A stretch of DNA of 64,000 bases from Candidatus Omnitrophota bacterium (GTDB lineage: Bacteria; Omnitrophota; Gorgyraeia; Gygaellales; Profunditerraquicolaceae). Positions 49,624-57,400 of the stretch are shown here, piece after piece. Under the pieces are notes generated by a model. It ran no database searches. It had not been told where the DNA came from and saw only the letters and a list, made by a program, of their open reading frames with translations. The position numbers and the translations under genes were made by a program. Where the stretch lies: assembly GCA_043812955.1 (NCBI GenBank), contig JBDRLN010000066.1:64885-128884 (forward strand), read 5' to 3'. How positions within the stretch are numbered: the first letter of the stretch is position 1; each line of letters opens with the position of its first letter.

Positions 49624-50137
49624 TTTTTAATAACTCCGTAATTTCAGAAGCCTTATTTTTAACAGAATCAATAACTGCCTTGGAAGATATAGTTGCTCCG
49701 GTAATAGCCTGGATATCGCTCATCTCAGACACGGACCTATCAATAAACCGTCCTGTAAAATTTGGCTCGTTTATTTGACTGCCTAATCCGGGAGTCTCGC
49801 TATGGTTTAAGATCTTGATTGCGGTAATTTTGTTTTTGGTGTTCATGCCTACGAGGGTAGTAATAGTTCCGGAATAACCCTGGATTACGGCTTTAAAGGC
49901 GATACCGACAAGTTTTATGTTTTTATCTACGGCTTTGTAATAAACTGTTTCATTATTTAATTTCATTGGTTCAAAAGAGATGCCTTCAGGCAGGACTTCT
50001 TTTAAGCTGCTTTCCTCTTTCAAAGTTTCCTGGGCCATGATTTTTGAGATGGTAAAAAAATTTACTAAAGCTAATAATCCGGCAGCCAAAAAGCAGATCA
50101 GGCTTAAGGTAAGGCTACAACGCAAAGATTCTTTCAC
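49613..50137 (-). CDS. rnfG: Rnf subunit G
   Basis: GYSG, HSETPGLG, ITGATISS FMN site. Confidence 0.92.
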   Translation of the reverse strand: MKESLRCSLTLSLICFLAAGLLALVNFFTISKIMAQETLKEESSLKEVLPEGISFEPMKLNNETVYYKAVDKNIKLVGIAFKAVIQGYSGTITTLVGMNTKNKITAIKILNHSETPGLGSQINEPNFTGRFIDRSVSEMSDIQAITGATISSKAVIDSVKNKASEITELLKNAK

Positions 50138-50212
50138 CCCGCACCTTCTTTCTTATTCATAATACTAAAACTATTTGTCTTAAAATGATTTAATATTTTA
50201 GATGGTGCGGGG
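50137..50212. mobile_element. 76-bp MITE-like element, copy 2, flanked by TGAA duplication
   Basis: ccccgcacc/ggtgcgggg termini; 63/76 identical to copy 1 without gaps (manual count). Confidence 0.85.
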
Positions 50213-50213
50213 T

Positions 50214-51503
50214 TCATAGTAATTCCTTTTTTGCTCTTTTTATGGATTGAACCAAGTTACGATTTGCCGGGCAGACGAAACTACATATCCCGCATTCAAT
50301 ACAGTCTAATGCGCCGTTTAATTTAGTTTGTTCCCAGAGTTGTTTTTCCGAAGCCAGGTTTATCAAGCAGGGCATTAAGCCCATCGGGCATTCCCGGATA
50401 CAGGCTCCGCAGCGGATACAGAAATCCTCTTCGTACGGCTTAGCCTCTTTTTCATTAAGCAGGATGACCCCGGAGGTAGTTTTAATAGCCGGGACTGTAT
50501 CGGTATATTGGGTAATACCCATCATCGGTCCTCCGATTATTATTTTTGCCGGTTTTTCTTTTACCGGAACGCAGAAATCAATCAGGTTTTTTATAGGAGT
50601 ACCGATCCTGGTGAGAATATTCTTGGGGCTGGTAAGGCAACTGCCAGTTACAGTAATAACCCTTTCATATAAAGGTTTCTTTAGATAAACTGCTTCATAA
50701 ATCGCGAATACCGTAGCAATATTTTGAATTATTACCCCTAAATCAAAAGGGAGTTTATTTCGGGGTATTTCCTTACCTAATATATTTTTTATAAGTTGTT
50801 TTTCGCTGCCTTGCGGGTAAGCGCTTTTTAATACTTTTACTGTGAACTGTGAACTGTGAGCTGTGAACTTATCAATGGCTTCAGGTTTATTATCCTCAAT
50901 AGCGATATACATATTTTTCACCCCTAGGCATTTAGCGGTTAATTCTATGCCTAGGAGTATTTCTTGGGTTTTCTCAATCATCAGACTATAGTCGGCGCTA
51001 AGATATGGTTCGCATTCCGCGGCATTAATAATTAGGGTTTCTATCTGCTTTGGAGGATTAAGTTTGATATGGGTGGGAAATCCTGCTCCACCCATGCCTA
51101 CGATACCGGCCTCGAATATAATATCCCGGATTTGTTGGGGAGTTAGCTGATCCAGCAAGGAAGGCGCCCGGTGTCCGGTGTCCTGGTGTCCTGGTGCCTT
51201 GGTGTCGGATAAATCCTTAAAATTATTTTCAATGACTATTGCCTGTGAGCGGCCAAGGGTTGGATGCGGCCAATTCTTTATATCAATAACCGTTCCCGAA
51301 ACAGAAGAATGGATAGGCGCGTATACCTGCGCTTGAACATCAGCGATTTTTTGTCCTAGGGTTACCTCTTCACCAATTTTTACTAAAGGCAGACAGGGTT
51401 TACCGATGTGCTGACTCAAAGGTATATAAACTTTAGATGGCGAAGGCGCTGGTTGGGTAGTGATGTTTTTTGTCCTATCTTTATTTTCGGTTAATCTAAC
51501 CAT
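50214..51503 (-). CDS. rnfC: Rnf subunit C
   Basis: QHIG, GIVGMGGAGFPTHIK, NAAECEPY, GGPMMG, CIRCGAC and CIECGIC. Confidence 0.95.
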   Translation of the reverse strand: MVRLTENKDRTKNITTQPAPSPSKVYIPLSQHIGKPCLPLVKIGEEVTLGQKIADVQAQVYAPIHSSVSGTVIDIKNWPHPTLGRSQAIVIENNFKDLSDTKAPGHQDTGHRAPSLLDQLTPQQIRDIIFEAGIVGMGGAGFPTHIKLNPPKQIETLIINAAECEPYLSADYSLMIEKTQEILLGIELTAKCLGVKNMYIAIEDNKPEAIDKFTAHSSQFTVKVLKSAYPQGSEKQLIKNILGKEIPRNKLPFDLGVIIQNIATVFAIYEAVYLKKPLYERVITVTGSCLTSPKNILTRIGTPIKNLIDFCVPVKEKPAKIIIGGPMMGITQYTDTVPAIKTTSGVILLNEKEAKPYEEDFCIRCGACIRECPMGLMPCLINLASEKQLWEQTKLNGALDCIECGICSFVCPANRNLVQSIKRAKKELL

Positions 51504-52747
51504 GAGAGCTTGTGATTGATAATAAAATTAATTAATCCTAGAACGCTGATTATGCTGCCTACGGCAGTAAGTATGAATAATGGGGGTATTTTATCAGCGA
51601 GTATGCTGCTGATGAACATAAAAATCAGGAAACCCAGGTGCATTACTATTTCCATCGAGCTGAAGATCTTGCCCATCATATGATTAACGCTAGCCCTATG
51701 AATAATAGTGTTTGAGGCTATCATGATAGGGGCTGTCGTCAGGCCCAGAGTCAACGAGAGGATGATTGCCAGCGAAAAGTGCGGGTAATGATTTATTCCT
51801 GAGGCAAAGACAATCAGCATTATTCCGGTTAAGGTAAGCGAGGTGAATATTGTCTTGTATTGGGATAGCTTTTGGCCAAAACGGCCATAGGCCAAAGACC
51901 CCAAGAGCAGGCCTAAGCCTAAGAACATAGCCAGCAACCCTAAGTCTTTAGTCGCTGAATGCAGGCTTTTCTGGACAAAGACTATTATTACCACATATAC
52001 TGCGCCTAATGCTGACCAAAGAGTGAATATTATCCCGGTAGTGAACCTAATGTTTTTATTTCTGATAAAATACAACGTCCCTTCTTTTATCTCGGCAAAT
52101 ACCGATTTCTTGATCACATCAACGATCTCTTTGCCTACTTCTTTAAGGCTAATCTGGGAGCTCGCTCTTTTAGCGATCGAGAATATCAATAATCCTGAGA
52201 CCAGGAAACTTAATGAGTCTAAATAAAATCCGCTTTTAGCTCCTACCCATTCCACTATTACGCCGCTGATACCAAATCCTAAAATAGCCGCGATCATCCC
52301 GGTGATATTGACCAGTGAATTAGCTATAAGTAAGTCTTTTTTTTCCACCAGGTCGGGGATTATGGAAAGTTTTGCCAGGACAAAAAATCTGCCGATTGAA
52401 AAAACCAAGAATATAATCAGGTAGATTACCCAGGTCAGGCTTTTACTGTAGAATAAAAATAAAGGGATAGTCAAGACTAGGGCTGCCCGTAATAAATCGC
52501 ACGTATACATAACCTTGCGTCTGTTCCACCGGTCAACGTATACGCCAGCTATAGGGCCAATGATAAAAACCGGGATTATGGTAAAAGAGAGTATTTTAGC
52601 GATTTCGATCGCTGAACCAGGAGTTCGGGAATAAACAAAAGCGATTAAAGCCATCTGGTCCAGCCGGTCGCCCAGCTGGGATATGATCTGGCCTATCCAG
52701 AGGAGAAAGAAATTCCTGTTTTTTAATATTTTTCTGAATTGGGACAT
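51491..52747 (-). CDS. MFS transporter (DHA3-like)
   Basis: FFLLWIGQIISQLGD, GVYVDRWNRR, about 12 TM helices. Confidence 0.9.
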   Translation of the reverse strand: MSQFRKILKNRNFFLLWIGQIISQLGDRLDQMALIAFVYSRTPGSAIEIAKILSFTIIPVFIIGPIAGVYVDRWNRRKVMYTCDLLRAALVLTIPLFLFYSKSLTWVIYLIIFLVFSIGRFFVLAKLSIIPDLVEKKDLLIANSLVNITGMIAAILGFGISGVIVEWVGAKSGFYLDSLSFLVSGLLIFSIAKRASSQISLKEVGKEIVDVIKKSVFAEIKEGTLYFIRNKNIRFTTGIIFTLWSALGAVYVVIIVFVQKSLHSATKDLGLLAMFLGLGLLLGSLAYGRFGQKLSQYKTIFTSLTLTGIMLIVFASGINHYPHFSLAIILSLTLGLTTAPIMIASNTIIHRASVNHMMGKIFSSMEIVMHLGFLIFMFISSILADKIPPLFILTAVGSIISVLGLINFIINHKLSWLD

Positions 52748-52760
52748 TTGAATATTTTTC

Positions 52761-52848
52761 TGGAACCGATGAGTGGAATTTCCCGCTGATTAGCCGTAAT
52801 TGTCAAGCGGGATCCCGACCGAGCAATATAAATGTCGGGAGAACCACT
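52761..52848 (-). pseudogene. tRNA-Thr 3' fragment (resident allele) with 60-bp twin-hairpin insert in the T-loop
   Basis: AGTGG-TTC[52840-52781]AATT-CCACT-CATCGGT-TCCA; 52751-52780 repeats 52947-52976 at 29/30. Confidence 0.85.
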
Positions 52849-52858
52849 GGTTATTTAA

Positions 52859-52944
52859 AGCCGGCGGGGGGAGTTTCCCGCCCTCAGTTCTCAAAAAGTA
52901 GGCGGGATCCCGACTATGCAATAGTGAGTCTCGGGAGAACCCTC
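52859..52944 (-). pseudogene. Second tRNA 3' fragment (CGCCGGC acceptor) with 61-bp insert in the T-loop
   Basis: GAGGG-TTC[52936-52876]AACT-CCCCC-CGCCGGC-T. Confidence 0.8.
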
Positions 52945-52956
52945 CTAATATTTTTC

Positions 52957-53032
52957 TGGAGCCGATGAGTGGAATTGAACCACCGACCTTGACTTTACGA
53001 AAGTCCTGCTCTACCAACTGAGCTACATCGGC
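52957..53032 (-). tRNA. tRNA-Thr(CGT)
   Basis: GCCGATGTAGCTCAGTTGGTAGAGCAGGACTTTCGTAAAGTCAAGGTCGGTGGTTCAATTCCACTCATCGGCTCCA. Confidence 0.93.
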
Positions 53033-53092
53033 AAAATTTTTTGACTTGCGAATCCTATACCGTTATAATACTTGTTCTCAAGGCTTAGCAGG

Positions 53093-53106
53093 TGAGCTAC
53101 GCCGGC
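53093..53106 (-). pseudogene. tRNA 5' fragment GCCGGCGTAGCTCA
   Basis: Complementary to the acceptor strand at 52860-52866; preceded by a TTGACT-16-TATAAT promoter (53159-53132). Confidence 0.7.
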
Positions 53107-53261
53107 AACCTGAATTACTGCATTAATTTTAATTATAACAATTTTTACCCAATAGTCAATCTAAGAAGGAGGTAATATAGGGCAGATAATTATATTGCGC
53201 TTATGCTTAATACTATATATAATACACCTATAAATAATTCTAAAAAGACCGGAGGAAAAAT

Positions 53262-53870
53262 ATGGCTAAAAAATTTCTAATTTTATTATCTTTTATATTT
53301 CTTTCTATCCCGTTTGCTTTTGCCGACGAATCCATAACCCTGGCTACCTATTATCCTTCACCTTATGGAAGCTATTATAATTTCTCATCTTCTAATAATG
53401 TTACCTTGGCTAATGTTGTCGGAAGCAGGGTCGGCATCGGAACGTTGGCTCCGGGTGAAAAACTTGAAGTTAATGGGGCGATTAAATTTACCGTGGACGC
53501 CAGCGTTATTTCTAAAGCGCCTCGAGTGATTTATACGCCGGATAATAGGGCAGGATGCCCTCCGGCCGCAGCCGCCAATACTGATCTATACGGGCAAACT
53601 TTTACACTAGCCCGTAGCGCAACTGTAGTTGTCGCAGTAGATACGATAACAACTTATACCACACGTACAGATACAGCTCTTTATGTTGATGGTGTATCAA
53701 GGCGAAGCACACTAACAGATACAACAAGTGCTTCGTGGAAGCCAGTTCATATAATTTGGGGTGGAACGTTAGCGGCTGGTGCACATACTGTGTCGATTCG
53801 ATCTTCGATTGCAAATACCGTTGGTTGTGGCACGACTTGGGGAGGAATTACAACGACAATCTATGAATAG
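53262..53870 (+). CDS. Secreted 'YYPSPYG' protein with fibre/adhesin-like VGIGT motif
   Basis: Signal peptide ending AFA, ITLATYYPSPYGSY, VGIGTLAPGEKLEVNG, Thr-rich beta C-domain; own promoter and terminator. Confidence 0.75.
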   Translation: MAKKFLILLSFIFLSIPFAFADESITLATYYPSPYGSYYNFSSSNNVTLANVVGSRVGIGTLAPGEKLEVNGAIKFTVDASVISKAPRVIYTPDNRAGCPPAAAANTDLYGQTFTLARSATVVVAVDTITTYTTRTDTALYVDGVSRRSTLTDTTSASWKPVHIIWGGTLAAGAHTVSIRSSIANTVGCGTTWGGITTTIYE

Positions 53871-53916
53871 GTAAAAAGAAAATAAAATTAGAGTACATTT
53901 TTATTTTCTTAGATTT

Positions 53917-53960
53917 ACCCTCCCTTACGTCAATTGATAGTAAAGAGGAGGGTTTTTTTT
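53917..53960 (+). terminator. Rho-independent terminator
   Basis: accctcc...ggagggt followed by a T-run. Confidence 0.7.
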
Positions 53961-54031
53961 GATAAATTGTCGTTGAAGAACGGCGTATTTAGTAGTAAAA
54001 TACAAAAAATGAACGAATTTATTTGGAACGT

Positions 54032-55975
54032 ATGCCGATAAATAAAGAAGAGCTCTTAGCCGAATTCCTTAAAAGTTTCAAGATAGCTATTAATGGTGCG
54101 CTGCTTTATACTAAATCCCACCCTTTTTTCATGCGCTATATTGAAGATCTGAAACTAAAAATCGATCCGCTTTTTGGTTTTTTAAACCCCTTAAGAATCG
54201 TTGTAACCCCCAATTCGCTGATAATAAGTGATAAAAGTTTTTCCAAAACCAGCTGGTATGACGAACTGATAAAAATCCTCCACCGCCGGAAAATAAAAAG
54301 CATTGAATTTAAAAAAGGTATAACTATCCAAGAATTGGCAATTCTTTTAGACCGAATATCTCTTCCCCCGCAGGAGATCTTAAAACGAGGAGGAGTAGAT
54401 AAGATCTTCAGCGCCGAGGAGAACGCGCATTTTGCAATTGAGGAGCTGGATTACTCCTCATTATTAACCGATAAAGAAGGCCAGGGGTATAATGAGGCCT
54501 GGTTTGGCCTGGTAGAAAGTTCAATAAACCGAAATGATATCAGGAAGATCAATGAATTTGCTGACAACTTTCAGATCATCATGGCTAAACTCAATGTTAA
54601 GGACCTGGTAAATGACCAAAGGCTGCAGAAGAGCATGCACGACTTTTTGAATTACCTAAAAACTTATCAAAAGGAGAAGTTTAATAAATGCTGCCAGATA
54701 ATGCTGGAAACAACCCTAAAATACAGCGGGGATCTTAATCAGACGCAGCTTACCAGCCTTCAGAGTTTTTTTATGGAGTTAGACGATAAATACCTGGCTG
54801 ATGTTCTTTGGAACAAGTTATCCATTGATGATGATTTCGGGCCGGTCGGCCTGAGGTTATTTTCCCAGCTTACCAATCAGGATAAGCATAAGACAATAAT
54901 CTCCAATATCTTTAATAAGACCAGAGATGTTGCGTCGGCCGGTGGGGCATCTAAGATAAAGGATAAGATAGAAAAATTGTTTTCCTCTTCGGATAATATC
55001 AAGATCCCGGAGATCTATCAGAATATGCTTTCTGCCCTGCGGGAAAATAGCGCCTCTGAAGATAAGATCGGCTTTGATCGGGATCAGGTTGAGTTTAATT
55101 ACCGCCGGATCATTTTAAACCTTATAATGGAGGAAAAGAATAATGACGCGCTTCTGATGTTTTTAAATAAGGTGATGGAAGTCTGGGATGTGATCGTTGC
55201 CAGACAGGATTTTGAGTATCTTAAGAATTTAACGGAAGTCTCAAGGCGCAAGGTCCAAGAAGATCCATCCTGCAAGCGCGTTTTTAAAGAATTAGATAGC
55301 CAGATCGTAAGTTTTGTGGAAAAAGCGGTATTTGAACAGCCGTTTAATCAGGGTATCAAGCCGTTGATCCAGGGCATCGAAAAAAGTTCGTCCGGCTATG
55401 AATTTTATCTGGACAAAATATTTAAAGAGAGAAAATTTAACCAGTTTGCCTTAAGCCTGTTTTTCAGGTTTTTCCCCGGGGACCTGGAAAAATTCTGTAA
55501 TAAATTAGAGCAGAGTAAATCCGACATAGATTTATTGGTCAATCTGATAGAGGATTTAAAACAGGTTAATTCCTCGGTATCCCTAGATGTGTTGAAATAT
55601 TTATATTTTTCCTGCAACGAATACATAAAAATAGAGGCGCTGCGGGCAATGCAGGAATGCTCAAATTATAATAAAGAGTTCCTTTTATCAATTATTGCCA
55701 AGGAAAACGCTGCCTTAAAGAAAGTGGCCCTGCAGGTTATAATGCGGGATAAAGAACTGGTGAAAGAGGCGTTAAGTGAGCTTCTGGATATCCCCAGCCC
55801 TTTTGGCAAAAACAACGGCGTTCTTATAGAGAATATTTCAGTGGTTGAAGATATTGAATTAAAAGAGGCAGGTGTTTTCCTCGCTAGCTTCTCCAAAAAA
55901 AGGTTTTTTTGGAATAGGGCTTTAAGGATAAAAGCGAAAGAAGTCCTGCAAAAGTGGAATGTTGGAAAAAATTGA
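54032..55975 (+). CDS. Large helical (HEAT-like) protein, coupled to the HD-GYP gene
   Basis: N-domain LYxxxHP...I..I.F..G....EL is shared with the next gene; C-terminal helical repeats. Confidence 0.65.
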   Translation: MPINKEELLAEFLKSFKIAINGALLYTKSHPFFMRYIEDLKLKIDPLFGFLNPLRIVVTPNSLIISDKSFSKTSWYDELIKILHRRKIKSIEFKKGITIQELAILLDRISLPPQEILKRGGVDKIFSAEENAHFAIEELDYSSLLTDKEGQGYNEAWFGLVESSINRNDIRKINEFADNFQIIMAKLNVKDLVNDQRLQKSMHDFLNYLKTYQKEKFNKCCQIMLETTLKYSGDLNQTQLTSLQSFFMELDDKYLADVLWNKLSIDDDFGPVGLRLFSQLTNQDKHKTIISNIFNKTRDVASAGGASKIKDKIEKLFSSSDNIKIPEIYQNMLSALRENSASEDKIGFDRDQVEFNYRRIILNLIMEEKNNDALLMFLNKVMEVWDVIVARQDFEYLKNLTEVSRRKVQEDPSCKRVFKELDSQIVSFVEKAVFEQPFNQGIKPLIQGIEKSSSGYEFYLDKIFKERKFNQFALSLFFRFFPGDLEKFCNKLEQSKSDIDLLVNLIEDLKQVNSSVSLDVLKYLYFSCNEYIKIEALRAMQECSNYNKEFLLSIIAKENAALKKVALQVIMRDKELVKEALSELLDIPSPFGKNNGVLIENISVVEDIELKEAGVFLASFSKKRFFWNRALRIKAKEVLQKWNVGKN

Positions 55976-57311
55976 AAACGCGTTAAAGGATCTGGTATCT
56001 TTGTTGCAGGTAATAAAGCTTTACACTGCCGCCCACCCCCGTTTTAGAAAATTTCTGGATAAGTCCTTTGAAAGCCTAAAAAATATATTTATTAATCAGC
56101 AGGAAGTAGTGATCGGTATTGTGGGGGATGAGTTTGTTTTTGAAAAAGAAATCTTTTTTGAGTTCAGCAAGATAGCTAAACCGATAATCGACTATTTAAG
56201 AGCTAGGGGAGTGGAGAAGATTATTTTCTCCAGCGGCGTACAGAAAGAAGAACTGGAAAAATTTGTTGAGTTTTTAGCGATTGATCTTGATAAGGAAGAA
56301 ACGAGGAAGAACTCGCAGGAGGCGTTGTATCTGGCAGGGGTGAGGAATATAGCTTTAGGTAAACTTGGTTCATCCGGGGCCGGCGATACCATCAGCGCGG
56401 CGGCGGAAAAATCAATCAGTTACCTTAGCCTTTATGAGAGTTCCCTGGGCCAGGTAACGGATTCTTTGGATAGTGTTCTGGGTGAGCAGAATATTAATTA
56501 CCTGTCTTTGAGATTCGCGATAAACAATATCGCGGAAAATATGGCTGTTAGATATAACGAGATACTAAAACTTATCACCATCAAGCGTTATGATGCCGGG
56601 ACATTTATTCACCTTCTAAATGTTTCTATTCTGTCGATGTATTTTTCAACCAGGTTGGGTTTCTCTAGGGAAGATGTGTTGGATGTCGGCACGGCCGCGT
56701 TATTCCATGATATCGGTAAACTCTTTATTTCCCGTAAAATCATTAAGAAGACAGATAAGCTTACTGAAGATGAATTTAAAAATATAAGGAGTCATTCGTT
56801 TCTGGGCGCCCGTCTTCTTTTAAGGCAAGCTGAAACTATTGGGATACTGCCGGTAATCGTCGCTTTTGAGCATCATATGAGGCAGGACGCGAAAAGCTAC
56901 CCTAAGCCTTATTTTCCCTATGTGCCGCACATTGCCTCTGTGATTGTATCCATCTGCGATGTATATGATGCCTTGGCCCAGAGAAGGAGCTACAAAGCGG
57001 ATTATTCGCCGGATGTTATTTATGACCTGATGAATAAAGATAAGAATAGATTTTTCCAGCCCAAGTTGGTAAGCAAGTTTTTTTCTATAATGGGAGTCTG
57101 GCCGGTAGGAACAATAGTTACTTTAAATGGCGGCAGGATTGCTATAGTCAGAGAGGAGAATGAAGACAATGCCTCTTTGCCTAAAGTCGAGGTCATGTAT
57201 CCTCCTTCAAAAAGAGGTCTTATGGATCTAAGCTTAAATCAGGAAAGCGATTGGATAGAGTCTTTTGTGAATCCTTTAAGGCAGGGAAAAGATTTTTTAA
57301 ACATGGTCTAG
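55959..57311 (+). CDS. HD-GYP-like phosphohydrolase
   Basis: HLLNV, FHDIGK, HHMRQDAKSYP (GYP changed to SYP), CDVYDAL...RSYK. Confidence 0.85.
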   Translation: MLEKIENALKDLVSLLQVIKLYTAAHPRFRKFLDKSFESLKNIFINQQEVVIGIVGDEFVFEKEIFFEFSKIAKPIIDYLRARGVEKIIFSSGVQKEELEKFVEFLAIDLDKEETRKNSQEALYLAGVRNIALGKLGSSGAGDTISAAAEKSISYLSLYESSLGQVTDSLDSVLGEQNINYLSLRFAINNIAENMAVRYNEILKLITIKRYDAGTFIHLLNVSILSMYFSTRLGFSREDVLDVGTAALFHDIGKLFISRKIIKKTDKLTEDEFKNIRSHSFLGARLLLRQAETIGILPVIVAFEHHMRQDAKSYPKPYFPYVPHIASVIVSICDVYDALAQRRSYKADYSPDVIYDLMNKDKNRFFQPKLVSKFFSIMGVWPVGTIVTLNGGRIAIVREENEDNASLPKVEVMYPPSKRGLMDLSLNQESDWIESFVNPLRQGKDFLNMV

Positions 57312-57400
57312 TAAACATGCGGTTTGAAAAAACCTTGACTTATAATGCTATTGTTGGTAGTATAATTTAAAATAAATCCACCAGAAAGGCGTAAAAGATA

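Noticed and set aside
52790-53017. 75-aa ORF from the track
   Set aside because: Overlaps tRNA-Thr and the repeat units.
41182-53032. CRISPR array interpretation of the periodic twin-hairpin units
   Set aside because: Only two units per locus, repeats are degenerate and tRNA-derived, the variable parts are hairpin loops, and no cas gene is present.
53600-53870. DGR variable region or shufflon
   Set aside because: No template repeat, reverse transcriptase, recombinase or alternative cassettes were seen in the window.
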